Source of the DNA: an uncultured bacterium
Lineage (GTDB): Bacteria > JAJVIF01 > JAPKYR01
Assembly: GCA_965369865.1 (NCBI GenBank)
Contig: CBDURU010000004.1
Location: 10,493-74,492, forward strand
Length of the DNA: 64,000 nt
Direction of reading: 5' to 3'
A model generated the notes under the pieces. It saw only the letters and a list, made by a program, of their open reading frames with translations. It was not told the DNA's origin and did not search any database. A program made the position numbers and the translations under genes. Below are positions 32,075-40,420 of the stretch, piece by piece. How positions within the stretch are numbered: the stretch's first letter is position 1; the number at the start of each line of letters is the position of its first letter.

Positions 32075-32108
32075 ACTGACTGAAATAAGGAAGAATTCCT
32101 ATACCTTT

Positions 32109-32828
32109 CTAACTCAACTCAAACACCAGTGTTATTGACATCGACAAAGTTTCTCGTTCTGTCTCAGGGGGGATTGGATCGAATGGAGCCGCGTTACGGA
32201 CCGCATTGATCGCCGCACTGTCAAGACGATCGAATCCAGACGATGCCGATATCGAAACCGAGGATAATTCCCCGTTGGACGCGACCATAAAATTTATAGT
32301 CGCTGTGCCTGTTTCGCCCAAACGCCGGCTGACCTGAGGGAATTCCTTAGCCGCCTGAATTTTGCTCTTAACCGAAGCGGCATAATCGGCAAGCAATGTA
32401 TCAATATCGATTTCAGGTTCCGGTTCAGGAGGTGTTATAGGAATTTCGTCCGAAGAACCATCAATTTCTTCGACGGACACCTGTTCATTTTCCAAATCAC
32501 CGTTTTGCACATCATTTTCTGAAGATTCATCACCGACAGCTTCAGCTTCTATCTCTGTTGCTACCACTTCGGTAACTTCTGTAACTTGATTAACCGGTTC
32601 GGGTTCAGGCTGCGATTGCTCTCGTACCGGCTCTCTTACTGGTTCAGGAGGGATTTCCGGCTCTGGCACTATTGCCGAAGGTTCTGGCTCATTGAGAGTT
32701 ATCAGAATTTCGGTAGTGACCGGTATATTCAGCGTGTCCGGGAGTTTCACCGAAAACAAGAGAATTATGTGCACAAGGATCGAAACAACCAGCAGAACCC
32801 ATCGCCAATTTTTAAACAGTCCAGTCAT
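32109..32828 (-). CDS. tonB: Energy transducer TonB
   Basis: N-terminal TM with S...H, Pro/Glu linker, C-terminal FP...G..SSG...LD.AA..AV domain. Confidence 0.85.
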   Translation of the reverse strand: MTGLFKNWRWVLLVVSILVHIILLFSVKLPDTLNIPVTTEILITLNEPEPSAIVPEPEIPPEPVREPVREQSQPEPEPVNQVTEVTEVVATEIEAEAVGDESSENDVQNGDLENEQVSVEEIDGSSDEIPITPPEPEPEIDIDTLLADYAASVKSKIQAAKEFPQVSRRLGETGTATINFMVASNGELSSVSISASSGFDRLDSAAINAVRNAAPFDPIPPETERETLSMSITLVFELS

Positions 32829-32836
32829 GTCGCTGT

Positions 32837-33253
32837 TTATTCTTCCTGTGGGTAAATAGTAGCTTCCATCGCTATCCCTGTAATACCAGTCACACGGACA
32901 GCGTCCATGGCGCGGATGATTTTTTCATATGACGTCGATCGATCCGCTGATATCCTCACAAGATCTATTTCATTTTTTCTTTCAGAGATTCGTGAACTCA
33001 GATCGGCCCATTCGATACGTTCGAGGTCGAGATAAAGGTTCCCCGATTCGGTGATCCTGATAGTCATACTGCGCGCGTCGGTGGAAGTCGCTGTGCTGCT
33101 TCCCGGAAGTGTCAGCTCGAGTGCCGGATTCTGAAAACTCGTCACGAGCATGAAAAAAATCAGGAGGAGAAAAACCACATCGATTAGCGGCGCGATCGGC
33201 ACTACCGGTGGACTATAGCCCCTTCTCCTAGAATTTCCCCGACCGGACATCAC
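32837..33253 (-). CDS. exbD: Biopolymer transport protein ExbD/TolR
   Basis: PLIDVVFLLLIFFML and ISADR motifs. Confidence 0.9.
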   Translation of the reverse strand: MMSGRGNSRRRGYSPPVVPIAPLIDVVFLLLIFFMLVTSFQNPALELTLPGSSTATSTDARSMTIRITESGNLYLDLERIEWADLSSRISERKNEIDLVRISADRSTSYEKIIRAMDAVRVTGITGIAMEATIYPQEE

Positions 33254-33840
33254 GAACCCGCACCCCCCGGCCGCGATTGCTTCAGGATTCTCGTAAGTGC
33301 GCCGTGTAAATATATTTCCAGGCTTTTAATCCGGCTGTTGAAATAAAGCGCCCCGACAAGTGCCGGGATCGCGACTGTCATCCCGACCGCGGTGGTGATC
33401 AGTGCTTCCCAGATTCCGCCCGCGAGGATGGCTGGATTTACCTGCCCTGCCAGGTCCTGTATACGCTGGAAAGCCTCGATCATGCCGGTGACGGTTCCAA
33501 GGAGTCCGAGGAGCGGCGCGACCTGCGAGATTATTCCGAGCCCGTTTACATAGCGTTCCGATTCGCCCAGGTCTTTTTCGATCGCGATTTCCAGAAGGTC
33601 TTTGTCGAGATTATTTTTTTTAAGGGAATCCGTGAGAGCTTTTGCGAAATGTCCCACGGGTTCGGATTTTACACCGTTCAGGATATTTTCAACCGACGCC
33701 TTGATCCGGGGAATGGTAATCCAGAAATGGATCATGCGATCGAGGAGGAAATAGAGGCCGAGAACCGATAAGAGTAATATCGGCCAGATGAATATTCCTC
33801 CCTTGAGGAGCCAGAGTACCTGTATGTCTGATCCGGACAT
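33250..33840 (-). CDS. exbB: MotA/TolQ/ExbB proton channel protein
   Basis: APLLGLLGTVTGMI and GGIWEALITTAVG motifs. Confidence 0.9.
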   Translation of the reverse strand: MSGSDIQVLWLLKGGIFIWPILLLSVLGLYFLLDRMIHFWITIPRIKASVENILNGVKSEPVGHFAKALTDSLKKNNLDKDLLEIAIEKDLGESERYVNGLGIISQVAPLLGLLGTVTGMIEAFQRIQDLAGQVNPAILAGGIWEALITTAVGMTVAIPALVGALYFNSRIKSLEIYLHGALTRILKQSRPGGAGS

Positions 33841-33914
33841 GTCAGTGGGTCTTAATCTTCAGTTGAATACTTGTGAGTATAATGAAATGGGACGAATGCG
33901 CAATCGCAGGCGGG

Positions 33915-34037
33915 TTTTTTAAAGCGGACAAATGAAACATGCAGAATGCATGTTTGACTGGGGAGTCATGCGCAGGATGCGCATGTTACATTTTTTAAAG
34001 CGGACAAGTGAACACATGCAGAATGCGCATGTTACAT
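33915..34037. repeat. Direct-repeated REP-like element
   Basis: ttttttaaagcggacaa...acatgcagaatgc occurs twice; catgcgcaggatgcgcatg is an imperfect palindrome followed by ttaca. Confidence 0.7.
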
Positions 34038-34038
34038 A

Positions 34039-35340
34039 TTAAAACCTGGGTTTTTTTGTAATTAAAATTACTATTGCGGCGATAATACTTGCCGCACCCG
34101 CGATCATGAACGGGGTCATCCAGGCACCGTAACCCGCGCCGCCCGATGCCAGGTCTCTGAAATATCCGGCGATCTGCGGACCTACAAGTCCACCCACACC
34201 GTACGCGGTAAACATCCAGCCATAGTTGACACCTACACTCTTATTTCCAAAATAATCCGCGGTCGCTGCAGGATAAAGTGCGAAATTACCCCCAAAGTTG
34301 AATCCTATAATAGCAGCCATAACGAAAAGTCCGATTGCGGTGTTGCCAACATAGAAAAACGCAAGCATCGCGATCCCCTGTATCAGGCACATCAGGAAAA
34401 TTGCCATTTTCCGTCCGATTTTATCCGAGATCATTCCCCAGGCGATTCGTCCAATTCCGTTGGCAAGCGAGTAAAAAACTGCCATAGCTGTACCTGCTGT
34501 CGCGGCAGCCTGTTCGGCAGTCATCCCTGTGGTCTGCAGCGAGTCGATCCCAAATAACTTGATAACACCGATCACCATCAGGCCTGCCATGGCTCCGGCG
34601 ATAAAGCAGAACCAGATCATGTAGAACTGGGGGGTTTTAAGCATCTGGAACTGGTTAAATTCCACCGAACCGGTCGCCGACCCACCCGGTTCACCCGATG
34701 GTTCCGCTGGTTCCCAACCCTCAGGCTTGTATCCATCGGGTGGGTTCACCATCCAGATTGACCCAATGAGAACGGCAACCATGTAAATAATCCCAAAAAT
34801 TAACCATGTTTGCGAAAGACCCAGGTTATCAATCAAATGACCCCATGATCCAGCCAGCTTGACCCATATAAGCGCACCGAAACCAAATCCTGCGACCGCG
34901 AGTCCCGTTATCATGCCTTTCTTATCCGGGAACCATTTCACGCCTACTGCGATAGGGCATACATAGGCAAGGCCGATTCCCGCACCGCCAACCAGACCCA
35001 GAAGCACTACCTGCATGGCAAGTGATTTCCCAATGAGGCCGGCAAGGATGTATCCAATTCCAAGTACAATTCCCCCGGTTATTGAAACAATTTTCGGGCC
35101 TGCTTTTTTCTGCCAGTTCCCGGCTAAAACCATCACCACCGCGAAAGTCGCAAGGCCTATCGAAAAAGGCAGTTGGGATTGGGCTTTGGTAAAACCGTAG
35201 AGTCCTCCCTCTGCAAGAGGTTTTGTCAGCTCTGCAGTGTATGCCGACCATGCATAGATCGCTCCAAGGCACAATTGTATCAGGATCGCTCCGAGTACAA
35301 CCAACCATCTGTTCATTCCGGGTCCGGATTTCATCATCAA
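34039..35340 (-). CDS. OFA-family MFS transporter (oxalate/formate antiporter-like)
   Basis: About 12 TM helices; LGAIYAWS, KWFPDKKG..GLAVAGFG and GRIAWG.ISDKIGR motifs. Confidence 0.88.
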   Translation of the reverse strand: MMMKSGPGMNRWLVVLGAILIQLCLGAIYAWSAYTAELTKPLAEGGLYGFTKAQSQLPFSIGLATFAVVMVLAGNWQKKAGPKIVSITGGIVLGIGYILAGLIGKSLAMQVVLLGLVGGAGIGLAYVCPIAVGVKWFPDKKGMITGLAVAGFGFGALIWVKLAGSWGHLIDNLGLSQTWLIFGIIYMVAVLIGSIWMVNPPDGYKPEGWEPAEPSGEPGGSATGSVEFNQFQMLKTPQFYMIWFCFIAGAMAGLMVIGVIKLFGIDSLQTTGMTAEQAAATAGTAMAVFYSLANGIGRIAWGMISDKIGRKMAIFLMCLIQGIAMLAFFYVGNTAIGLFVMAAIIGFNFGGNFALYPAATADYFGNKSVGVNYGWMFTAYGVGGLVGPQIAGYFRDLASGGAGYGAWMTPFMIAGAASIIAAIVILITKKPRF

Positions 35341-35389
35341 ATCGTCCTCACTGGTAATAATTTGTCCATTCCCCCATTATTTTCAATGC

Positions 35390-35407
35390 TTGTGAAAATT
35401 CTAACAA
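35390..35407. promoter_or_regulatory. Rex-like operator upstream of the OFA transporter
   Basis: TTGTGAA-AATT-CTAACAA (2 mismatches), about 50 bp upstream of the start and next to a minus-strand TATACT. Confidence 0.45.
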
Positions 35408-35515
35408 GCCAAGTATAGCAAAATCCCCGCTTTTTTCAAAGCCCATTCGGCTGGATATGAAATATGGCATTTTTTCTATATATTTTCAGCCTGGTTGATG
35501 GGTCCTGCCAACCCA

Positions 35516-35812
35516 TCAGGTATCATCTAAAATTTCCGCGACAGATTTTACCTTGCCTTTAAGCATGCCTTCCGCCCCTGCCTTGTCATCAATCCAGATT
35601 TTAATGCTCACCCTCCCGGAATCCTTCCGCATCTCCAGACGGCACCGGTTAATTACATCCATAACCTCATCCCAGTCGCCTTCAATTAATGTGGACATCG
35701 CTGTTAACTCAAAGGGCAGTCCCGATTTCTTAATAATTTTCAGGGATTTCGCCACAATATGAGAAAAGTGGGGTCCTTTGTCGAGTGGGATCATTGCGAA
35801 AGAAACGAGCAT
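35516..35812 (-). CDS. MTH1187-family thiamine-binding protein (start moved to 35812)
   Basis: IKKSGLPFELTAMSTLIEGDWDEV...KGKVKSV pattern; GGAGGA RBS. Confidence 0.85.
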   Translation of the reverse strand: MLVSFAMIPLDKGPHFSHIVAKSLKIIKKSGLPFELTAMSTLIEGDWDEVMDVINRCRLEMRKDSGRVSIKIWIDDKAGAEGMLKGKVKSVAEILDDT

Positions 35813-35916
35813 TTGTACGGTCCTCCGAAATCCAGAATTCAAAATAAATCGCAATTGAGTATACCTTATCCGTGGCATCTGATGTTAAAAGGGCTCGTTA
35901 AGGCAGAAGGAAGGAC

Positions 35917-35967
35917 GTAGATTCCGGGACACCTCAAATCGCACACATTTGATGGTGTCCCGGTTTC
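35917..35967. repeat. REP-like hairpin (GGGACA...TGTCCC family)
   Basis: gtagatt-CCGGGACACC-TCAAAT...ATTTGA-T-GGTGTCCCGG. Confidence 0.65.
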
Positions 35968-36081
35968 GATCTCCAATCCGTTTAAAGCCCTAGACTGACT
36001 GGATATGTCCATCAGTCGGGAGAACCTGAATCTGAATTTGAAAAGTCCATCCTGTATATACTTAATGCAAAGCCCCCGGTT

Positions 36082-36108
36082 CCCACAACCGGGGGTGATT
36101 TTTTTCTT
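36082..36108 (+). terminator. GC hairpin followed by T-tract
   Basis: CCCCCGGTT-cccac-AACCGGGGG then tgattttttt. Confidence 0.45.
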
Positions 36109-36131
36109 CCCATAATGAGTAATACCAATCT

Positions 36132-36167
36132 TAGATTCAGGGACGCCTTTCCATGAATTCAAAGCGT
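36132..36167. repeat. Internally collapsed copy of the repeat at 1-151
   Basis: tagattcagggacgcctttccatg joined to aattcaaagcgt, i.e. both ends of the 1-151 element. Confidence 0.75.
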
Positions 36168-36268
36168 GTAAGGCCAATGCCGTTAAATAAAAATTGATAG
36201 GACATATTTAGTATTGATGTACGTCGTACACTTACATTTGGGAATGATTCAGGATTTTTTTGAAGATC

Positions 36269-36308
36269 GGGGACACCTGCTTTTCGACGGGCGAAAAGAG
36301 ATGTCCCC
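36269..36308. repeat. REP-like hairpin (GGGGACA...TGTCCCC)
   Basis: GGGGACA...CTTTTCG-acggg-CGAAAAG...TGTCCCC. Confidence 0.6.
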
Positions 36309-36535
36309 AGTATTAGCAGACGAACTCAGGCTTGCGGGATGGAGATGTCTCACTCGGCTTGCCGACGCCACGCGATTAGGCCGCCGCCATGCGTTTATAA
36401 TTCTACGGTCGTTAAAATTACCCTTGTATCACCGTCACCATTCGGGTATGTTTTAGAATTATTGTTTGGATAGTTTTGTAAGTCATTGGCCTCCCCCCCT
36501 TAATCCCCCCCGCAAGCGGTGGGGAGGTATGGTGT

Positions 36536-36693
36536 TTGTCCTTTAATTGTAACGCAGGCAGCTTGCCTGCAGTACCGCGGACAGCTTGTCCTTTAATTGT
36601 AACGCAGGCAGCTTGCCTCCAGTACCGCGGACAGCTTGTCCTTAAATTGTAACGCAGGCAGCTTGCCTGCAGTACCGCGGACAGCTTGTCCGC
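36536..36693 (+). repeat. Three tandem 50-bp REP-like units directly upstream of alaS
   Basis: Unit ttgtcctttaattgtaacgcaggcagcttgcctgcagtaccgcggacagc x3 with single-base variants; internal hairpin GCAGGCA-gct-TGCCTGC. Confidence 0.9.
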
Positions 36694-36709
36694 ATCAAAG
36701 GAACTAAAA

Positions 36710-39340
36710 GTGGAAACATCCAGGCTCAGATCGCTTTTCCTCGACTTCTTCAAGTCAAAGGATCACCACATAGAACCGTCCGCAAGCCTTGTCCCCTCAG
36801 CGGATGATAAATCGCTTCTGTTAATCAACGCGGGAATGGCGCCGCTCAAGCCTTACTTCACCGGATTGCAGGCACCCCCGTCCACACGTATCGCTTCGTG
36901 CCAGCGATGTCTTCGCACAAATGACATTGATGAGGTCGGTCGAACACCCCGTCATCTGACCATGTTTGAAATGCTCGGTAATTTCTCCTTCGGCGATTAT
37001 TTCAAAGAGGAGATAATCATATGGAGCTGGGAATTTATCACGGACTGGTTGAAAATCCCGGTCGAGAAGCTCAGGATCAGCGTTCACGAAAAAGACGATG
37101 AGGCTTTTTCAATCTGGGAAAAGGAGGTCGGTGTTCGCTCGGACTGGATTTACCGGCTAGGCGACGAGGATAACTTCTGGTTCATGGCCGACACAGGTCC
37201 ATGCGGGCCTGACAGTGAAATTTTCTATGACATTGGCGAGGAACTTGGTCCCGACCAGACACCCGCTAAAGATGGGGATCGATGGGTGGAAATCTGGAAC
37301 CTGGTTTTTACGCAGTTTGACCGCCAGGCCGACGGAACTCTCGTGCCACTGCCGAAAAAAAATGTCGACACGGGAATGGGTCTTGAAAGAACAGCGATGG
37401 CATTGCAGGGAAAACATTCCGTGTTTGAAGTGGATATATTCAAGCCAATTTCAGACTTTTATAAAACCGAGACTAAAAAGGAAATTCTCGAATCCGAAAG
37501 TTATATTTCGGCTGGTGTTAACTCGCTGTATGTGGTGTCGGACCACATCCGGGCGGTCTCGATGCTCCTCGCGGACGGAGTGCACCCGGGGAACGAGGGC
37601 AGGGGTTATATACTCCGGAGAATCCTTCGACGGGCGCTTGTCCATTTGCGCCGCCTTGGCCGGCATGAAGGCGGACTTATTAAAGCGTTCCCGATTGTAC
37701 TCGATCAGCTTGGGGAAACATATCCACTTTTACTTGAGCGCAGAGACCACATCGCAAATTTAATCCGGCACGAGGAGCAGAATTTCCTGAAAACCCTCGA
37801 TGCCGGTGTCCAGCGATTGGAAAATGCGATAGAGAGTGTCGGGGATGAGAAAATCCTGCCGGGTGAAATAGCATTCGAGATGTTCGACACTTACGGCGTC
37901 CCGCTTGATGTCACAATCGAAATGGCCCAGGCAAGGGGAATGGAAGTCGATGTGGTCAGCTACACTGACGCACTGGAAACCGCACGGAGGATATCCCGCG
38001 AGGTCACGGATGAGACGCTTGACGCCGATAACGCCGCTCGCCAGGCTGTGAAAACCACCGATGAAACTGAATTCATTGGCTATGATTTCTATCGCGAAAC
38101 GTCATCTCTCATTGAATTCGATCCCGCGCACAATTTCATCGTAATCGAAAAAACTCCGTTTTATGCCGAAATGGGTGGTCAGACCGGGGATACGGGCGCA
38201 CTGCGGTTTAAGGATGGGGAATTCAAAGTTACCGGCACCCAGATTGTCGGCAATGTTGTCGTCCATAAAATCGATCCCGAAAAGACTACCGGCGATCCAT
38301 CAAATCTGAAACCCGGCGATCCAATCGAAGCGATTGTCGATATCGATAGAAGGCTTGGAATCCAGAGAGCGCATACCGGGACTCATCTACTTCATGCAGC
38401 CTTAAGGGTTGTCCTTGGCGATCATGTGCAGCAGGCGGGATCGGCGGTCGAGCCGGATCGATTCCGCTTCGATTTCACCCATTTCCAACCGCTTACAAGG
38501 GAGGAAACCCGAAAAATAGAGGACTGGGCGAACGAGCGGGTATTCGCGGAACATGACGTGTTTACCAGGGATGTTTCGTACGATGATGCGATCGAGGCAG
38601 GCGCGATTGCATTGTTCGGCGAAAAATATCCCGAAACTGTCCGGATGGTCTGGATCGGCGGACGTGAGACTGAGCCAGTTCCAGGGCAGGTTCAATCGAC
38701 CGAGCTTTGCGGCGGCACGCATGTAAAAAACACAGGTGTCATCGGGCTGATAAAAATTGTTGGGGAGGAATCGATAGCAAGCGGCGTACGGCGGATCGAG
38801 GTTTTGACGGGTCGTCGATCGTACGAATTTATGCAGGATGAGGACATGACACTTCATCATATTTCAGACGCGATGCACATGCCCATCCAGCACCTCGAAC
38901 GCGGGGTCCGGAAGCATCTCGAAATACAGAAACGCCTGGAGAGGGAAGTCAGGGATCTCGAATCGAAGCTGATTTCAGGTGAGGGCGGCGGAGCGTTCGA
39001 AGATTTCACATCGGGTGACATTAAAGCCAGGATATACCCGTTACAATCTCTCGCGCCCGATGCGGTCGCGAAATTGCTCGATAAAGCAGTGGAGGAGGAT
39101 CGGGTTCACATCGCGTTCGCTGTCACCGACCATGATGGCAAGGGAACGTTGATGATCCGTTGTTCCGACGAAGCGATAAAAGCCGGACTGCATGCGGGGA
39201 ATTTCGTGAAGAAGGTCGCGGGTGCCATGGGGGGCCGTGGTGGAGGAAAGCCGTCATTCGCCCGTGGCGGCGTGGACGCATCCCGCTACGAAGAAGGTTC
39301 TCTGGCATACCGCGATGTTTTAACAGGCGGAATTAACTGA
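36710..39340 (+). CDS. alaS: Alanine--tRNA ligase (start GTG 36710)
   Basis: NAGMAP.K, EMLGNFSFGDYFK, DTGMGLER, editing HTGTH and ELCGGTH, DHHA1 GGRGGG; AAGGA RBS. Confidence 0.97.
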   Translation: METSRLRSLFLDFFKSKDHHIEPSASLVPSADDKSLLLINAGMAPLKPYFTGLQAPPSTRIASCQRCLRTNDIDEVGRTPRHLTMFEMLGNFSFGDYFKEEIIIWSWEFITDWLKIPVEKLRISVHEKDDEAFSIWEKEVGVRSDWIYRLGDEDNFWFMADTGPCGPDSEIFYDIGEELGPDQTPAKDGDRWVEIWNLVFTQFDRQADGTLVPLPKKNVDTGMGLERTAMALQGKHSVFEVDIFKPISDFYKTETKKEILESESYISAGVNSLYVVSDHIRAVSMLLADGVHPGNEGRGYILRRILRRALVHLRRLGRHEGGLIKAFPIVLDQLGETYPLLLERRDHIANLIRHEEQNFLKTLDAGVQRLENAIESVGDEKILPGEIAFEMFDTYGVPLDVTIEMAQARGMEVDVVSYTDALETARRISREVTDETLDADNAARQAVKTTDETEFIGYDFYRETSSLIEFDPAHNFIVIEKTPFYAEMGGQTGDTGALRFKDGEFKVTGTQIVGNVVVHKIDPEKTTGDPSNLKPGDPIEAIVDIDRRLGIQRAHTGTHLLHAALRVVLGDHVQQAGSAVEPDRFRFDFTHFQPLTREETRKIEDWANERVFAEHDVFTRDVSYDDAIEAGAIALFGEKYPETVRMVWIGGRETEPVPGQVQSTELCGGTHVKNTGVIGLIKIVGEESIASGVRRIEVLTGRRSYEFMQDEDMTLHHISDAMHMPIQHLERGVRKHLEIQKRLEREVRDLESKLISGEGGGAFEDFTSGDIKARIYPLQSLAPDAVAKLLDKAVEEDRVHIAFAVTDHDGKGTLMIRCSDEAIKAGLHAGNFVKKVAGAMGGRGGGKPSFARGGVDASRYEEGSLAYRDVLTGGIN

Positions 39341-39434
39341 CTTTTTTGAGAGCTTCTTCTCTTGCTTGGCTTACACCAATTAATACATCCAACAAAGGAC
39401 CTGCTTGGGTAAGATTTAGCGTGAAGTGTGGCAT
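39333..39434 (-). pseudogene. Truncated ORF resembling the N-terminus of a retropepsin-like aspartyl protease
   Basis: MPHFTLNLTQAGPLLDVLIGVSQAREEALKKVS*; TAATG-coupled to the upstream gene; ends before any DTG motif at the alaS 3' end. Confidence 0.5.
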
Positions 39435-39664
39435 TAAGAGTTAAGAAGGCGTGTAATAACCTGCATTTGTTCAACTGCTTGAATTCTCTTAACTAAAAAC
39501 GGGGTTTCAACACCAAATTTTTCGTATCCAGCTTTTAAAGCGTCTTCATAAGCTGCATATATTCCTGCGATGGTGTCTCCTTTAATAAGGACAAATTTCC
39601 CTTCGTCAGCGTCCAGCCGGGATAAATTTGCCTTATACGTTTGTAATTCTTTTTCCAGTGCCAT
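39434..39664 (-). CDS. DUF5678-like small protein
   Basis: LEKELQTY....L...EGKFVLIKG......YEDALKAGYEKFG...FLVKRI; AT-rich. Confidence 0.65.
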   Translation of the reverse strand: MALEKELQTYKANLSRLDADEGKFVLIKGDTIAGIYAAYEDALKAGYEKFGVETPFLVKRIQAVEQMQVITRLLNS

Positions 39665-39855
39665 AGAATCCAACCCCTTACATGGTTGAAATACGTTGGA
39701 TGACTTTGGGTCCTTTATCGTACATCACTCAAAACCAGGATGCAACTATCAAAAATATCGTCCAAATCTGGGGTTTATGTTACAATTATATCATATTTGT
39801 ACATGATCCAATAGACAAAGTTATACAGACTATGCGATTGGCACATTTTAAAGTC

Positions 39856-40284
39856 TTAATTTTGAACCAGGCTTAATTCCAGATCCACCCGCTCGAACCT
39901 TCCCGGACGGACCCGTACTACCGTCTCCCCCCCAAACGGTGAACCTCGCGCATTCAGGTAAATTAGTCGATATATCCCCTGCCTAAGCCCCATGAGCCTG
40001 AAACTCCCGGTCTGGTTACATCGCTCCTGGGCTATCAATTTACCTTCTTCGTCCAATGCCTGAACAGTTCCGTACGCCTGCGGATTGCCGTCGACATAAA
40101 CCGTACCCGCGATAGATCCCAGCGCTTCACCCCAGGCGCTGTCTACAAATTCAGATACTAGTCCTGAACCCGATTCTTCCCCGGTATCTTCTCCCGCAGA
40201 CTCCGGACACCCGACCAGGGACAATAACAGAATGGCGGAAAAGATGTAAATGAAAGATTTCAGGACTATAAACCGTATTTTCAT
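39856..40284 (-). CDS. Lipoprotein with carboxypeptidase-regulatory-like beta-sandwich domain
   Basis: LVG-C lipobox; GSIAGTV...G.F...L..G.Y pattern. Confidence 0.7.
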   Translation of the reverse strand: MKIRFIVLKSFIYIFSAILLLSLVGCPESAGEDTGEESGSGLVSEFVDSAWGEALGSIAGTVYVDGNPQAYGTVQALDEEGKLIAQERCNQTGSFRLMGLRQGIYRLIYLNARGSPFGGETVVRVRPGRFERVDLELSLVQN

Positions 40285-40420
40285 TATTCAAATCCTCCAT
40301 GGATCCGAGTTGGACGATCGCGGTTACAGTGTTTAGATTATAACATTACCGGTTGGGTTCGTTTGGATTCAGATAAAATGAGCGCTAAGTCTTTAGTAAT
40401 TTCCTGTTATAATACACCAC

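Noticed and set aside
36560..36690. T-box riboswitch upstream of alaS (GTACCGCG)
   Set aside because: It reads CAGTACCGCG and lacks the UGGN bulge; it is part of the tandem repeat, with no terminator before alaS
36536..36693. CRISPR array
   Set aside because: The units are contiguous and near-identical with no unique spacers, and no cas genes are in the window
36214..36753. Short ORFs 36214-36456 and 36418-36753 (also 35866-36177 and 41461-41769)
   Set aside because: They are translations of repeat sequence without protein-like features
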